A stretch of 63,237 nt of DNA, filler included, from Stramenopiles sp. TOSAG23-6 (GCA_900128565.1; 34 parts of 34 records of this genome joined end to end with filler, not necessarily neighbours in it), one strand, 5' to 3'. Positions 47,817 to 61,846 are shown, counted from the first letter of the whole stretch. Notes: generated by a model from the sequence alone, not told the origin. Translations and numbers: made by a program.

Positions 47817-48303
47817 CGTACGAAATTCTATACCTAACAATTTTTATCAAAAAAAAACATTTCATACGAAATTCTATACCTAACAATTATTTTTTTTTAC
47901 TATTTCATGTTCTACATGGGGAAAGAAAACGAAAAACAATAAAAATTAGTGGAGCCACTGATAAAAAAATGTTACAAAATATAAAGAAATGGGAAAAAGA
48001 GCATGAAAAACAATTTATGTATTTTTTCATTTTTAAAAATTTAAAAAAAAAAAAAAAAATTTATTTTTAAAATTTTTAAATTTTTTAAAATTTTTTTTTA
48101 AATTTGAATTTTTTCTCAATTAGAGTTAGGATTAACAAAAAATTATGAATTTTTTTAAATATATTTATACAATACAGGAAATGGCAACAAATTGATAACT
48201 CTATAAAAAATCCAAGTCTACAAAATTCGACAATGACAAATCATTCAAATATATCAAATAGAACAGAACAATCACAATTTTATAATAGAAATGAAAGTGA
48301 AAA
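46770..48303 (+). CDS. Low-complexity Asn/Thr/Asp-rich unknown protein, partial
   Basis: Long ORF with AAT/ACT/GAT microsatellites. Family introns at ~47773-47917 and 48019-48177 (GT-AG). Confidence 0.5.
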
Positions 48304-48536
48304 AGTACGTTTTTTTTTTTGAAATTTTTTTGAAATTTTTTTTTCGTACGAAATTTTTTTTTTTCAAAAAATTTTGTACCTAACACTTTTTTTTTTTTTT
48401 TAAATTCTTTACAAAACAGTCTATCGTAAGTACAACNNNNNNNNNNNNNNNNNNNNNNNNNNNNNNNNNNNNNNNNNNNNTTAATTAATTAANNNNNNNN
48501 NNNNNNNNNNNNNNNNNNNNNNNNNNNNNNNNNNNN

Positions 48537-49670
48537 CCAAGGACAAGGTGGATTTTGACTTCTTAACCATTTCAATACTTCTAAGTGACCACTTTCAGCT
48601 GCTTCCCGACATGTATCTTCATTCCAATGACAAGGTGGATTTTGACTTCTTATCCATTTCAATACTTCTAAGTGATTGTTTCGAGCTGCCGCATCACATA
48701 AATTGGATGAATTGCAATCCCATGGACAAGGTGGATTTTGACTTCTTACCCATTTCAATACTTTTAAGTGACCATATTTAGCTGCTAAACGACACGTATG
48801 TTCATCCCAAGGACAAGGTGGATTTTGACTTCTTAACCATTTCAATATTTTTAAGTGACCTTTTCCAGCTGCATCATAACACGTTCTTTCATTCCATGGA
48901 CAAGGTGGATTTTGACTTCTTACCCACTTCAATACTTCCAAGTGACCATGGTAAGCTGCGAAAGAACATGTAATTTCATCCCAAGGACAAGGTGGATTTT
49001 GAATTCTTAACCATTTCAATACTTCCAAGTGACCATTGTAAGCTGCAGACGAACACGTAGTTGCACACCATGGACAAGGTGGTCTTTGACTTCTTACCCA
49101 TTTCAATACTTCATAGTGACCCTTTTCAGCTGCTCTCCAACACGTAACTTCATCCCAAGGACAAGGTGGATTTTGACTTCTTACCCATTTCAATACTTCC
49201 AACTGACCAGCTAAAGCTGCCCAATGACACGTATCTACATCCCACGGACAAGGTGGATTCTGACTTCTTAACCATTTCAATACTTCCATGTGACCACATT
49301 GAGCTGCAAACCGACACGTTTCTTTATCCCAAGGACAAGGTGGATTTTGACTTCTCACCCATTTCAATACTTCCAAGTGACCATCATAAGCTGCACTACT
49401 ACACGTTTCTTCATCCCATGGACAAGGTGGTTTTTGACTTCTTAACCATCGTAAAAAAATAAAGCCGTCATGCGTCACTGTTTCCACACATGTCACACCA
49501 CCCCAATCAACACCGGCCAGCCAAGGTCTGTGCTTATCATTTGACACAACTCTCCCTGAGAGTCTATCCTTTAGATTAAGATAGCTTATAATCACAAGGA
49601 GAGGTCCTAAACCACTGAAGACCTTGTTAAAAACCTCCTCTTCATATTTTGTTCGTTTTCGTTGAGTCAT
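48537..49670 (-). CDS. Ankyrin-like CPW-repeat protein (27-aa repeats) with F-box-like N-terminus
   Basis: About 12 units of CPWDExTCxxAAxxGHLEVLKWxRSQNPP. ATG at 49670. Confidence 0.88.
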
Positions 49671-50390
49671 TCCTTCGTAAAGAGTAAAAAAAGAGACACT
49701 AAGAGAAAGAGAGACACTAATTGTTGTTGGTTGACTTGAGTCACTTGACAAGCGAAGTTGACCACCTGCAACAACAGGTATTTCGTGTTTTTATCAAAAC
49801 ACGAAATATACCTGTGGTTGCAGGTGAAGTTGACAGGTCTCGATCGAATAATTATAATAATATATATCCAATCAATTCAATTTCGATGGCTGATGGCCAC
49901 GAAATATTTAGCGCAAACCTGGTAGCGGCTAACTAAGCTAACCCTAATTATATTTCGTCATCGCCAAAGTGAAAGTATTGAATAGATATTGCATAGAAAT
50001 TTAAAAACAAACAAAATTTCTTTTTATATAATAAATATAACAAATACTAATCATCCTTTTTCTCAAGTTCTGCTTTCAATTCTAGATATTCTTCTTTTTT
50101 ACTTCCTTTATTTTTATGTTCTTCATCTTTTGTAAAAAAAACGCGATCTTCATTTAATTTCTTTCCTGTTTTTCGTTTTGAACATTCACTCCATACATGT
50201 ATTATGAGAAAATATTTCAAAAAAAAATCGTTAGGTACGAAATTTCGTATGAAAAAAAAATTTAAATTAGAAATTCATATAAAACATACANNNNNNNNNN
50301 NNNNNNNNNNNNNNNNNNNNNNNNNNNNNNNNNNTTAATTAATTAANNNNNNNNNNNNNNNNNNNNNNNNNNNNNNNNNNNNNNNNNNNN

Positions 50391-51309
50391 ATTAGAAGAA
50401 TCACCAATAATAAGAACAACGAAAAAGAAAATTATTCTATCACCAGTCCACCGTCCTCTCCAAGAAATACGTCAATCGTCGTTTAATTCTTCCGACATGT
50501 CATTTCACGATGATGGTTCTCCATATAAAACACCAGGTATTATCCGTTCTTTACCACCTCGAACCCCTTTGACAAATTATAATAAAACTCCCCGGACGAC
50601 AGCGTCTAAACGAGCAGTAAAGAGTGCAAAAAAAACAAATCGAACTTTCCGCAAGAATCGGTCCAACTTGGTCAAATCTCTTTTGATTGAATACAATGAA
50701 AATGTTTTTGATTTGCAAATTCCTGAGGATTTATCAATTACCTGGAACACGCGTTTATTAACTACAGCAGGGTATACATACAACAAGAAGGAGAGAGCGT
50801 CAGGATTTCGTGTGTCTCGCATAGAATTAGCTGATAAAGTTGTCGATACTGAACAAAAACTGAGGGAAACTTTACTACATGAATTATGTCACGTTGCTGC
50901 TTGGTTAGTTGATAGTTGCAATCGTCAGTGTTGTCCTCCTCATGGTAAACATTTTAAAGATTGGTGTCGCAAGGGTAAAGAGAAATATCCTCATTATGGA
51001 AACTTTGACAAATGTCATAATTATGCTGTTTTTAAAAAATTCAGATATGAGTGTCAAGGTTGTTTTATTACTTTTGGTAGGCATTCAAAAAGTATAAATA
51101 TTGACCAAAAAGTATGTGGTAATTGCAAAGGACCAATAAAATTATTAGGTGCTTTTAATAGAGATGGAACACCGATGAAGTCTAGAACTCCAAATAAGTT
51201 TGCGTTGTTTGTAAAGAGTAATTTTTCTTCGGTAAAGAAAACAAATCCACACCTGAAACATGGTGATATAATGCGTGAATTATCATCTATGTATAAAAAT
51301 GAAAAATAA
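50391..51309 (+). CDS. GCNA/ACRC-like SprT metalloprotease with zinc ribbon and HMG-like tail
   Basis: WNTRLLTTAG, TLLHELCHVAAW, HGKHFKDW, YECQGC...CGNC and NKFALFVKSNF. Confidence 0.9.
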
Positions 51310-51323
51310 ATGCGTAGATTGAC

Positions 51324-51364
<41 letters not shown>

Positions 51365-51387
51365 CAATAATATCAGTTACATTACAT

Positions 51388-52084
51388 TTATTGCAGTGAA
51401 TGATTTGGACATTTCCCAGGGCCAAAATGGTCAATAGGTTTTCGGACTCTCTGACGACAAATAAAACAAAACCCAGTTCGACACTGATGACATCGAATAT
51501 AATTGTTGCCATTCGGACGTTCATTGAAAGCGCCACATGATAAGCATCGCGCCAGATCATATCTTTGTACTCTTTCAACAAATTCTCCTACTTCAACATC
51601 TTCATTTATACCGTCTTGATATTCATTGTCAAAGCCTCTGTTCCATAGATCAATTTCTTCTTGATCAAATAAAACGCAAGTATTTGATTCATCACGAAAA
51701 TGTGCATATCCAATACTTGAAATATCTTCATTACATATGGAGAAAAGAAAAATATTTTACATTTGAAATTCATTAGGGTACGAAACGTTTTGATTTGGTA
51801 TATTAAAAATAAATTCGAGATTCAATTTTGAAAACGTACATGAAACAGAATTTGCATTCACATTGTATACAAGTCATTTTGTTACACCCATGATTTTTTT
51901 CAATGAATATTCTACACCGTGGACAACTTTTAAAATCTGACGATCGTATAGCTTCAAGAGTTTGTATTTCGTGTTTTAAATCATTTTGCATTTTTGACAT
52001 TTTATCACTTATTGTTGAACTTGAGATTCTTTTTTTTAAACCGCTTATTCTAGACTCCATATTCACACAGGGTGTTCCAGGATG
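51388..52084 (-). CDS. RBR E3 ubiquitin ligase (RNF14-like), 3' part
   Basis: CPRCRIFIEKNHGCNKMTCIQCECKFCF/ICNEDISSIGYAHF joined across GT-AT intron 51737-51839, then a second Cys cluster CLSC...CHQC..FCFIC...HFGPGKC. Confidence 0.88.
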
Positions 52085-52242
52085 ATGTATTTTGGAAAAA
52101 TATTTCAAAAAAAAAAACTNAAATTTNTTNGGTACAAANTTTNNNNNNNNNNNNNNNNNNNNNNNNNNNNNNNNNNNNNNNNNNNNTTAATTAATTAANN
52201 NNNNNNNNNNNNNNNNNNNNNNNNNNNNNNNNNNNNNNNNNN

Positions 52243-53175
52243 ATTAGAAGAATCACCAATAATAAGAACAACGAAAAAGAAAATTATTCTATCACCAGTC
52301 CACCGTCCTCTCCAAGAAATACGTCAATCGTCGTTTAATTCTTCCGACATGTCATTTCACGATGATGGTTCTCCATATAAAACACCAGGTATTATCCGTT
52401 CTTTACCACCTCGAACCCCTTTGACAAATTATAATAAAACTCCCCGGACGACAGCGTCTAAACGAGCAGTAAAGAGTGCAAAAAAAACAAATCGAACTTT
52501 CCGCAAGAATCGGTCCAACTTGGTCAAATCTCTTTTGATTGAATACAATGAAAATGTTTTTGATTTGCAAATTCCTGAGGATTTATCAATTACCTGGAAC
52601 ACGCGTTTATTAACTACAGCAGGGTATACATACAACAAGAAGGAGAGAGCGTCAGGATTTCGTGTGTCTCGCATAGAATTAGCTGATAAAGTTGTCGATA
52701 CTGAACAAAAACTGAGGGAAACTTTACTACATGAATTATGTCACGTTGCTGCTTGGTTAGTTGATAGTTGCAATCGTCAGTGTTGTCCTCCTCATGGTAA
52801 ACATTTTAAAGATTGGTGTCGCAAGGGTAAAGAGAAATATCCTCATTATGGAAACTTTGACAAATGTCATAATTATGCTGTTTTTAAAAAATTCAGATAT
52901 GAGTGTCAAGGTTGTTTTATTACTTTTGGTAGGCATTCAAAAAGTATAAATATTGACCAAAAAGTATGTGGTAATTGCAAAGGACCAATAAAATTATTAG
53001 GTGCTTTTAATAGAGATGGAACACCGATGAAGTCTAGAACTCCAAATAAGTTTGCGTTGTTTGTAAAGAGTAATTTTTCTTCGGTAAAGAAAACAAATCC
53101 ACACCTGAAACATGGTGATATAATGCGTGAATTATCATCTATGTATAAAAATGAAAAATAAATGCGTAGATTGAC

Positions 53176-53216
<41 letters not shown>

Positions 53217-53994
53217 CAATAATATCAGTTACATTACATTTATTGCAGTGAATGATTTGGACATTTCCCAGGGCCAAAATGGTCAATAGGTTTTCGGACT
53301 CTCTGACGACAAATAAAACAAAACCCAGTTCGACACTGATGACATCGAATATAATTGTTGCCATTCGGACGTTCATTGAAAGCGCCACATGATAAGCATC
53401 GCGCCAGATCATATCTTTGTACTCTTTCAACAAATTCTCCTACTTCAACATCTTCATTTATACCGTCTTGATATTCATTGTCAAAGCCTCTGTTCCATAG
53501 ATCAATTTCTTCTTGATCAAATAAAACGCAAGTATTTGATTCATCACGAAAATGTGCATATCCAATACTTGAAATATCTTCATTACATATGGAGAAAAGA
53601 AAAATATTTTACATTTGAAATTCATTAGGGTACGAAACGTTTTGATTTGGTATATTAAAAATAAATTCGAGATTCAATTTTGAAAACGTACATGAAACAG
53701 AATTTGCATTCACATTGTATACAAGTCATTTTGTTACACCCATGATTTTTTTCAATGAATATTCTACACCGTGGACAACTTTTAAAATCTGACGATCGTA
53801 TAGCTTCAAGAGTTTGTATTTCGTGTTTTAAATCATTTTGCATTTTTGACATTTTATCACTTATTGTTGAACTTGAGATTCTTTTTTTTAAACCGCTTAT
53901 TCTAGACTCCATATTCACACAGGGTGTTCCAGGATGATGTATTTTGGAAAAATATTTCAAAAAAAAAAACTCAAATTTGTTAGGTACAAAATTT
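52243..53994 (+). repeat. Redundant duplicate of contig 50391-52142
   Basis: Same start and same ORFs at offset 1852. Visible differences are only at N positions. Confidence 0.95.
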
Positions 53995-54094
53995 NNNNNN
54001 NNNNNNNNNNNNNNNNNNNNNNNNNNNNNNNNNNNNNNTTAATTAATTAANNNNNNNNNNNNNNNNNNNNNNNNNNNNNNNNNNNNNNNNNNNN

Positions 54095-55843
54095 AAAGTG
54101 GTAAGAATCATCAGAAAAAGACTACTAGCGTAGAAACCCATGTAGGCTCGAATCGAGAACTGTGTCCTAGGTACGCTGGAGTTGTTTACTCAGAAGAAGA
54201 CAAGATTCTCGATGAGGAAGCAACTAAATCTGAAAAAGAAGAATGGCTTCGAAAACGCCGTGAAAGAATTGACGCAGCTGAAAAGGCCGCATTAAAACTT
54301 GAGGAAGATAGACAACGTCAAGTTGCAAAGGAACTTGCAGAAGTATTGAAAAAAGAAGAAACTAAAAGAAGACTTGCGATTGAAGAAGAAATTCGTAAAC
54401 GAAGTTGTCAACCAGGAGCATATCTCGATCAATTATTTGCATGTCAATCATGTAAAAATGGTACATATTCTTCAAGCGTAAATGCGACAGAGTGCATACC
54501 CTGGAGCAATTGTGTCAATGGTACATATGTAGAGAAAATACCTTCAAACACTACTGATCGTCTATGCAATAACTGTACTAAAGGCAAATTTGTGAATAAA
54601 TCTTTGATAAATGCACAGAAATGTAATGACTGGAAAGCTTGTTCTCCTGGGACTTTTGTTTCCTTCAATGGTACCCATACGACTGATCGAAGCTGTCAAA
54701 ATTGTACTATTGGGCGGTTCAGCAACAAACCGAATCAAGAGGAATGTACTAAATGGCAAATATGTGCTGAAGGTATGATTGAAAAAACCAAACCTACTTT
54801 GTCAGAGGATCGAGTGTGTAAATGGGAAGACTGTGTAGCAGGTAATTACATTCAGAAACATAATATCACATTATCTCAAAATGAAACATCATTAGATGAA
54901 GTAGAGAAAACTAACAGAAAACCGCTGTGCAAGCCGTGTCCACCAAGTACATTTTCAACCCACGCTAATAGTGATGAATGCTATAAATGGAAAGATTGTG
55001 AAATTGGAATGTTTATATCAAGAAATGCAACGAGTGAAAATGACCGTTCGTGTTCAAATTGTCCTCAGGGCTATTTTACAAAACATGAAAATTCCTTCAA
55101 TTGTACTAAATTTACAGACTGTTATCCAGGCACTCATATTCATTCAAGTATCAACGGTACTTCAAGTTCTGACCGCTTGTGTGAAAAGTGTACACTTGGT
55201 AAGTATTCAGATAGAATAAATAGATCATACTGTTTAAATTGGAGTGAATGCTTACCAGGTACCCGACTAACGATTGTTGGTAATGTAACAAGTGATACTG
55301 TATGCGAAGATTGCCCCTTGGGAAGGTTTGCGGAAGTTGCGAACCCGTTAGAGTGTTTTCCTTGGAAAGATTGTCCTATAGGATTCGGATTACTTCAAAA
55401 TGGAACTCGGTCCTCTGATCGATTATGTGTTGAGTGTAATAGCGACTCTTCACCCAACACGTATTCTGACATTAGTGACGGTACACCTTGTAAACCTTGG
55501 AACAAAACATGTGAAGCTGGAAAAGGTTCTCATGGTATTCCAAATGGAAAGAAAAATTATGAATGCATAGATTGTCCTCATGGTACATTTTCTGACTCTG
55601 AACATGAAAAAGGATGCGATTTTTGGAGTAATTGTAAACAAGGTACTGGTCTTATTGTAGAAGGTACTGCAAAAGTAGACAGACAATGTAGTGATTGTGA
55701 TGTTGGAACATACTCTTCAAGTACAGATGGACAATCTTGCTCTGCATGTGAAATAGGCAGATTTTCTGCCGACATCGGTGCTCATGAATGCACTAAATGG
55801 AAGACATGCTCACGAGGACATGGTATGATTGTTCCGGGTTCAG
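54095..55843 (+). CDS. Cys-rich TNFR/ephrin-receptor-like (GCC2/GCC3) repeat surface protein, partial
   Basis: About 11 repeats of CxxCxxGxFS......C..W..C..G.......T...DR.C. Confidence 0.85.
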
Positions 55844-55943
55844 NNNNNNNNNNNNNNNNNNNNNNNNNNNNNNNNNNNNNNNNNNNNTTAATTAATTAAN
55901 NNNNNNNNNNNNNNNNNNNNNNNNNNNNNNNNNNNNNNNNNNN

Positions 55944-56816
55944 TCCATTAAGAATTGATTTGGCACTTATAAACCGTGGACAGTTCGGGAAATAGTGTGG
56001 ATCTGTTTCTGCAATTTTCAAATCTTCTTCCCTTTTCCAGATCGTTTTTGGATCGGTGGTCTTATCGAAATATTTTGGAAGACTATAATACGGAAAAAAT
56101 TTTGCTAGTTGCTGTAGTAAAAAAACAACAGGAGCTGGAGGAAGATTCAAATGTAAACACGGAGCAAGGAACACGTTTCCATGATAACGACTAGCATAAA
56201 TACTCTTCTGCAAAATCAAACCCAATTTTCCTGCGACTAAACCGCCTAATGACTGCCCCACAAGAAAAAAAGGAGCTTTGTTAATTTTCTCACGTTCTGA
56301 TTTCTTTAGACCCAAACTTTGTTGAACGTTAGCATCATTATCAATATTCGATGAGAGTATAATCAGACGCATTGCATCTTCAACAACATTATCTAAATTG
56401 CGAATAAGTACACGTTCATTTAATGGTGTGAAGCCTTCTTCTTCCGCACAGGAATAACCATGAGACTCTTGATCAAACATGACTGTAGCCACACCTTTAT
56501 CAGCCAGACGTTTGCAAAATCGATAAACCTTTTCTTTATTTGTATGAGCTCCATATCCATGTAAATAGTAAATAACAGCAGTAATGCTTCCAAATGGTAG
56601 AACATGTCGAACGTGCATACGGTTGCCACGAGACCCTACAAAATAGTAACCGGTACTTGGTAATATTCCTGATGCTGTCTTCTGTTTCTGAGGCTTACTA
56701 CTAGTATCATTTAGATAAATGTAGACAAAAGAAATTATTAAGAGTAAGCAGCATACTATAAATTCTGTACTATACTTGAACATATTAAATTCTTTGGGGA
56801 AAACAAGGGGTGACAT
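55944..56816 (-). CDS. Alpha/beta hydrolase (monoglyceride lipase-like, Hydrolase_4) with N-terminal TM
   Basis: YLHGYGAH, FDQESHGYS and nucleophile motif LVGQSLGG. Confidence 0.88.
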
Positions 56817-56974
56817 CCACCTTAAACAGGAGTCGTTGGTACCTGTAGTATACTACGTTTTAGTCGGTACAAGAATCTAAATCAGGCGCAGGATTCTCCT
56901 CCTTTTTCAAAGATTTATAACGATTTATAACAGTATTAATTATGTCACGTCCATTCGTCTTTCTAGTATTATAC

Positions 56975-56989
56975 CTAGGGTTAGGGTTT
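56975..56989. promoter_or_regulatory. Telo-box-like motif in a bidirectional promoter
   Basis: CTAGGGTTAGGGTTT lies midway between the divergent ATGs at 56816 and 57133. Confidence 0.55.
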
Positions 56990-57132
56990 TTTTTTGGCCA
57001 ACATCGGCCACGCTCCACGCGTTGCTAATATTTTATCGAGAGAGGGTGTTTTTTTTTTCTACAAAGAATCAGTAAAACTGTAAACTCAGACTTAGCAGTC
57101 ATACTTGGTGCGATATAAGTATTATTATTACA

Positions 57133-57411
57133 ATGGCAATGTTAGGTCGGTTACAGCCATATTTTCGCTTCATGCCTATAAGAGTTGCGACAATGACTAG
57201 GTCTATCACGACTCACAAAATGACACATTTTATAAGCCGTTCCGCTACTGCACCAACGTCAATGCTGGCAACGACAAGTTTCCAAGGTGGCATCTTAGGT
57301 AGTATTCAACAGATCAGATTCACAAGTGTTCTTCGTAAGCGAAAGACAAAGATGAATCAACATAAACATAAGAAGCGAAAGAAAAGAGATCGAATGAAGA
57401 CTAAGCGCTAA
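57133..57411 (+). CDS. Mitochondrial ribosomal protein mS38/COX24 (DUF1713)
   Basis: Transit-peptide-like N-terminus and C-terminal TSVLRKRKTKMNQHKHKKRKKRDR. Confidence 0.88.
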   Translation: MAMLGRLQPYFRFMPIRVATMTRSITTHKMTHFISRSATAPTSMLATTSFQGGILGSIQQIRFTSVLRKRKTKMNQHKHKKRKKRDRMKTKR

Positions 57412-58358
57412 GACTGAGTAACACTCGATGTTGTTGCTGAACTTCCATAATCTCATTATAATACATAATACTTATATACTGTAATAAATAGCTTAATCAC
57501 ATGTACAAGCATTCTTAGTGAATAACTTTGCTTTCACGAGATATTAGGAATATTATCAAATAAAAAATAGTTTTTAAAACAAAGTCTTTTTTCTTACGTT
57601 AAACCCTAACCCTAAAAATTTCTTATGAAAAACACATCTTTTCAATTTATTGATTTAAAATAATTTTCTATCTGATGTTTAAACAAAAGCAANNNNNNNN
57701 NNNNNNNNNNNNNNNNNNNNNNNNNNNNNNNNNNNNTTAATTAATTAANNNNNNNNNNNNNNNNNNNNNNNNNNNNNNNNNNNNNNNNNNNNTGCACGTG
57801 GGAACATCTGTTTGGCAATATCACCAATACACATGCTTATTTTCATACATATGAACAAGCACTTAAATGACAAGACANGTCTATAATCTGAAACTAGTGC
57901 ANTTTNAAAAGTCAATAAAAATACTCGAATATGTCCGGAAATGACTCAAAAATTTACACACGGCTTACANACNGCTTACTGATAGTATCACAAGTGAATA
58001 TATATTGGTACAATCACATGGAATGAATTTGAAGTGTTAATTCTAATGGGTAATATCAAGAATACTTAAAAATAGGTCTTTGCGATGTCCTTTTCATGTC
58101 TTTCTTCGTTTGACCGAAGAGCAAAAAAAAACAAAATTGAGGTCGTTTTTTTGACGACAGACCTGCGACAAAAAACATAATAATTTGAGAAATTCGGAGA
58201 CTTTCGGTTTTTCTGGTTTTTCTACGTCTGTACTAAATTGGTACACATTGGATGAAACCATTTTTTTTTTCCGTTTCTTGTTTTTGTTTGTAAAGTAGCC
58301 GATAATAACCAGTAACTAAAGATTACGACGTATAAGATAATTTCTTTCTGCAATAAAG

Positions 58359-59463
58359 ATGAAAATGAATATGATGATTGTACAAAGTGTACTTTGTACT
58401 TTATTACTCAGCTCCATGGTGTTTTGCGCCAAGATACCACCAGCTGAACGTAATACACAAGTTGATTCGTCACACCAACGAAAGCACGCGAGGCGTAGAT
58501 TATCATCAAGCAATGATGGTTACGTTGTGGTTGAAGAAACTTTAACGTGGAAACAAGCAAGTGAGAAATGTATCGATGCTGGTATGATACTTGCTGTTCC
58601 GCATACGCAAAATCAAGTGAATGAAATCACTGACAAAATTAGTGGAACACATGATGTTTGGATGGGTGGAAGTTGTACTTCAGACTGCGATACAAAAGCG
58701 AAATATATAATGACGGATGGTACCTCAGTAACAGGGTCGGAATTTCCATGGGGATCAGGTCAACCTACTGAAGGAACTTCAAAATGTCTTTATATTTATG
58801 GTCAGTCTGTTCTAACAAAATCTTGTTCGAATACCGCAGCTCATTATGTGTGTTCCAAACGATATTTCGTTTTTGAACAAGCAAAGTTTCCAGGTATGGG
58901 CAGAATTGACCTCTCGTGTCCACAACGCAACTGTGAAGGGACAAGTGGGACGAAATCATACACTGCGCCCGATGGAACGACAGTTGTTTCAAGTCATCCA
59001 GTCAGAGATAGAGTTGGAGATAATCGTAGCGGTATCGGATATCTCTTTGATGGTTCGAACAGCGCAGAACCAACGACCTGTTTTTCACAATATGATTCCG
59101 ATTCAGCTGATGATAAAAAAAATCCACAAACTTGCTATGTTGCATTCGACAGCACCAGTGGTAGGACCGAGAAAATGCCTATTATACATTTACCCTTGGA
59201 TTCAGAACATGACAACGATAATATTGGATCTTTTGGCAACGCAGAATTTAAAGCATGTATGGCTAAAGCTGACTGTTCGCAAAAGTGTAAAGACGCCCAA
59301 AAGCCTGTATTTAATGATGGTAATGATAATGGCAATCGTCCTTCGTTTCATTTTTCAAGTGGAAAGCAACTTATAAATCAACAATTGATGACTGCGGGAG
59401 ATTTGGGTATCAATGATGAGATTACAATCATGCTTTGGGCAAAATCAAACAGCGAAACAACAT
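58359..59463 (+). CDS. Secreted C-type lectin domain protein, 5' part
   Basis: Signal peptide, RRRL motif and TWKQASEKC...LA...VWMGG...WGSGQP...C...C....YVC. Ends at intron donor 59464. Confidence 0.8.
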
Positions 59464-59641
59464 GTATGTTTTATTTTTCTTTCAATTTCGAATTTTTTTT
59501 TCGTACGAAATTTTGTACCTAACGATTTNTTTTTGAAATATNNNNNNNNNNNNNNNNNNNNNNNNNNNNNNNNNNNNNNNNNNNNTTAATTAATTAANNN
59601 NNNNNNNNNNNNNNNNNNNNNNNNNNNNNNNNNNNNNNNNN

Positions 59642-61172
59642 AGCAGCAGATGTTGATATTAGTTGGCGCATGGATGCAGAGAAAAGCTTCTCTGACTGGA
59701 CAATTACAATTAAAAGTGAGAATGCAATGACCACGACATTCCACTGTCATAAAAACTTTCTCGCTTGTGGTAAGAGAAAGTGTAAGTATTTTACAGCTTT
59801 ATTGAAAACTAATGAATATACTGAAAGTTCTAAAAGCGAAACAATATTAAATTTACAACAGTCTGCTGCCAATGCTTTTCCACTTTTGCTTGACTTTTTG
59901 TACACCGGCAATTTAAATGCAAAAGCTGAAAATATTGTAGCCTTGTTTTATCTTTCTCAGTATTTGATGTGCCATGCTTTACAGGTAGAAGTAACAAAAC
60001 ACATGAGCGAATGGCTAAATTGTGATACTGCTGCCCTATATTTACTTGAAGGAGAGAAGTATTCTCTTCAAAAGGTAAAAGATGCTGCTGCTCCACTTGT
60101 TGTTGAATTGTTATGTAGGCATATAACTCAAAGTTCAAAACTCTTCGAAGTTTGTAATTCATTTCCATCACATATATTTATGCAAGTTTGGTCATCCGAA
60201 GAAGCAAAAGCATTGGTAAAGCAAAAACGCTTTTCTGAAATTTTAAGCGCTGTAATTGGAAATTATTGTAAAAAAAATATCAAGAAAGATGAAATTGATG
60301 AAACATATTTGATCAATATGACAAACATTGAAATATTACCTCATCTTTCACTTGAAGGTGCATCTGACATATTATATTGTCTACTTTATTTTGAAAAACT
60401 GATAAAAAGATGGCCATTTGTTCTTGCTAGTAAAAATTCTGTTGCTCATGAGCAATCATTAAGGTCTCGGTGCACAAAGAGTATTAGTGAAAAATGGGTA
60501 TCAAACAAGATATACTCCATGTCAGATGATGCAAATGACTCCAGTTCAGATGATGCATATGACTTGAAAGTCAAAGAATTCGTCGATCAATTTTATACTA
60601 CTAAACAAGTAATCATTGATAATAATAAGGATGATAATTCATCGTCTCTAACACCAGTGCAGAAGGAAAGAAGTGTTTCCTCTGGAGATGCTGCTGCTGG
60701 TAGTGAATGTGATACGATCATCAATACAGATAGTCTTTTGTTAGCAGATGTTACTATTGAAATGCTTTCCAAAACGATTTCTAATTTAATAAAAAAGAAT
60801 GACCTATCAACAGCATCGATTAAGAATATGTTTGATCAATTAAAAGAAAAGAATGACCAACTGAACAAATTCAAAGAGCATGCATTGATTCTTGTCCAAG
60901 GGGCAGGTTCAAGTGGAGCCAATGGTGTTTACAAAAGAAATGATCTAGATGATACTAGATTTACTAAGATATCTGACCAAAGATACGTTCTTCGACAAGC
61001 CAAAGCCCAAGATAGATGGTATATCACTGAAAACAATTCTCCGATTTATGTATGTCATAGTAAAAGTAAGGAACCACCAGTAATTGGTTTTCGAGTATCA
61101 GGAGGGAAATCCCCAGCACTTACTATAACTCTAACCAATCTGGAAAATATTTTTTTTCCCTCTAAATCTTAA
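59642..61172 (+). CDS. BTB/POZ domain protein
   Basis: SFSDWTITI...FHCHKNFLACG.RKCKYF...FPLLLDFLYTG. Confidence 0.88.
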
Positions 61173-61846
61173 CTTACAAATAGTGAATGATAAATAGAAT
61201 AAAACAAAGACGTACATTGATACAAAAGTCATTTCAAGTTAATCTATATATTTTATTTGCAATAAATCAATACATGTACTTTATACTTTATAATTGTTCC
61301 ATCATTTAAATCTTTTTATAACACTATTTGTCTATTTGTTACATCATTTAGTGACTTTAACATGGATGTTTTTTTTTTTTTGTTTTTTGNNNNNNNNNNN
61401 NNNNNNNNNNNNNNNNNNNNNNNNNNNNNNNNNTTAATTAATTAANNNNNNNNNNNNNNNNNNNNNNNNNNNNNNNNNNNNNNNNNNNNGTACGAAATTT
61501 TGTACCTAACAAATTTTAGTTTTTTTTTTTGAAATATTTTTCCATAATACATCCTTCTAAATTGAAAGGTGATAGTGACAATGAACTTTCGAGAACAACT
61601 GTGTTAGAAAAACTTGGTATATGAAAGATTATTATGGAGTATACTATAGACAGTCCACTATAGACCTCAGTATTATTTGATGGATTTAGGATTGTTTCAT
61701 ATATCCAGAAAATTTGGTTAGAGTTACTTATAAGCTATAGACAAGTAAATTTGTATAAAGTTGATTTCATATAATGAAAATAGACTATAGCATTATATAC
61801 GATGATTATTTTGCTTTTATTGTTTTTATTTGTACATACTTCACAC

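Noticed and set aside
50391-53994. Tandem gene duplication of the SprT and RBR genes
   Set aside because: Two separate contigs with identical ends and sequence, so assembly redundancy.
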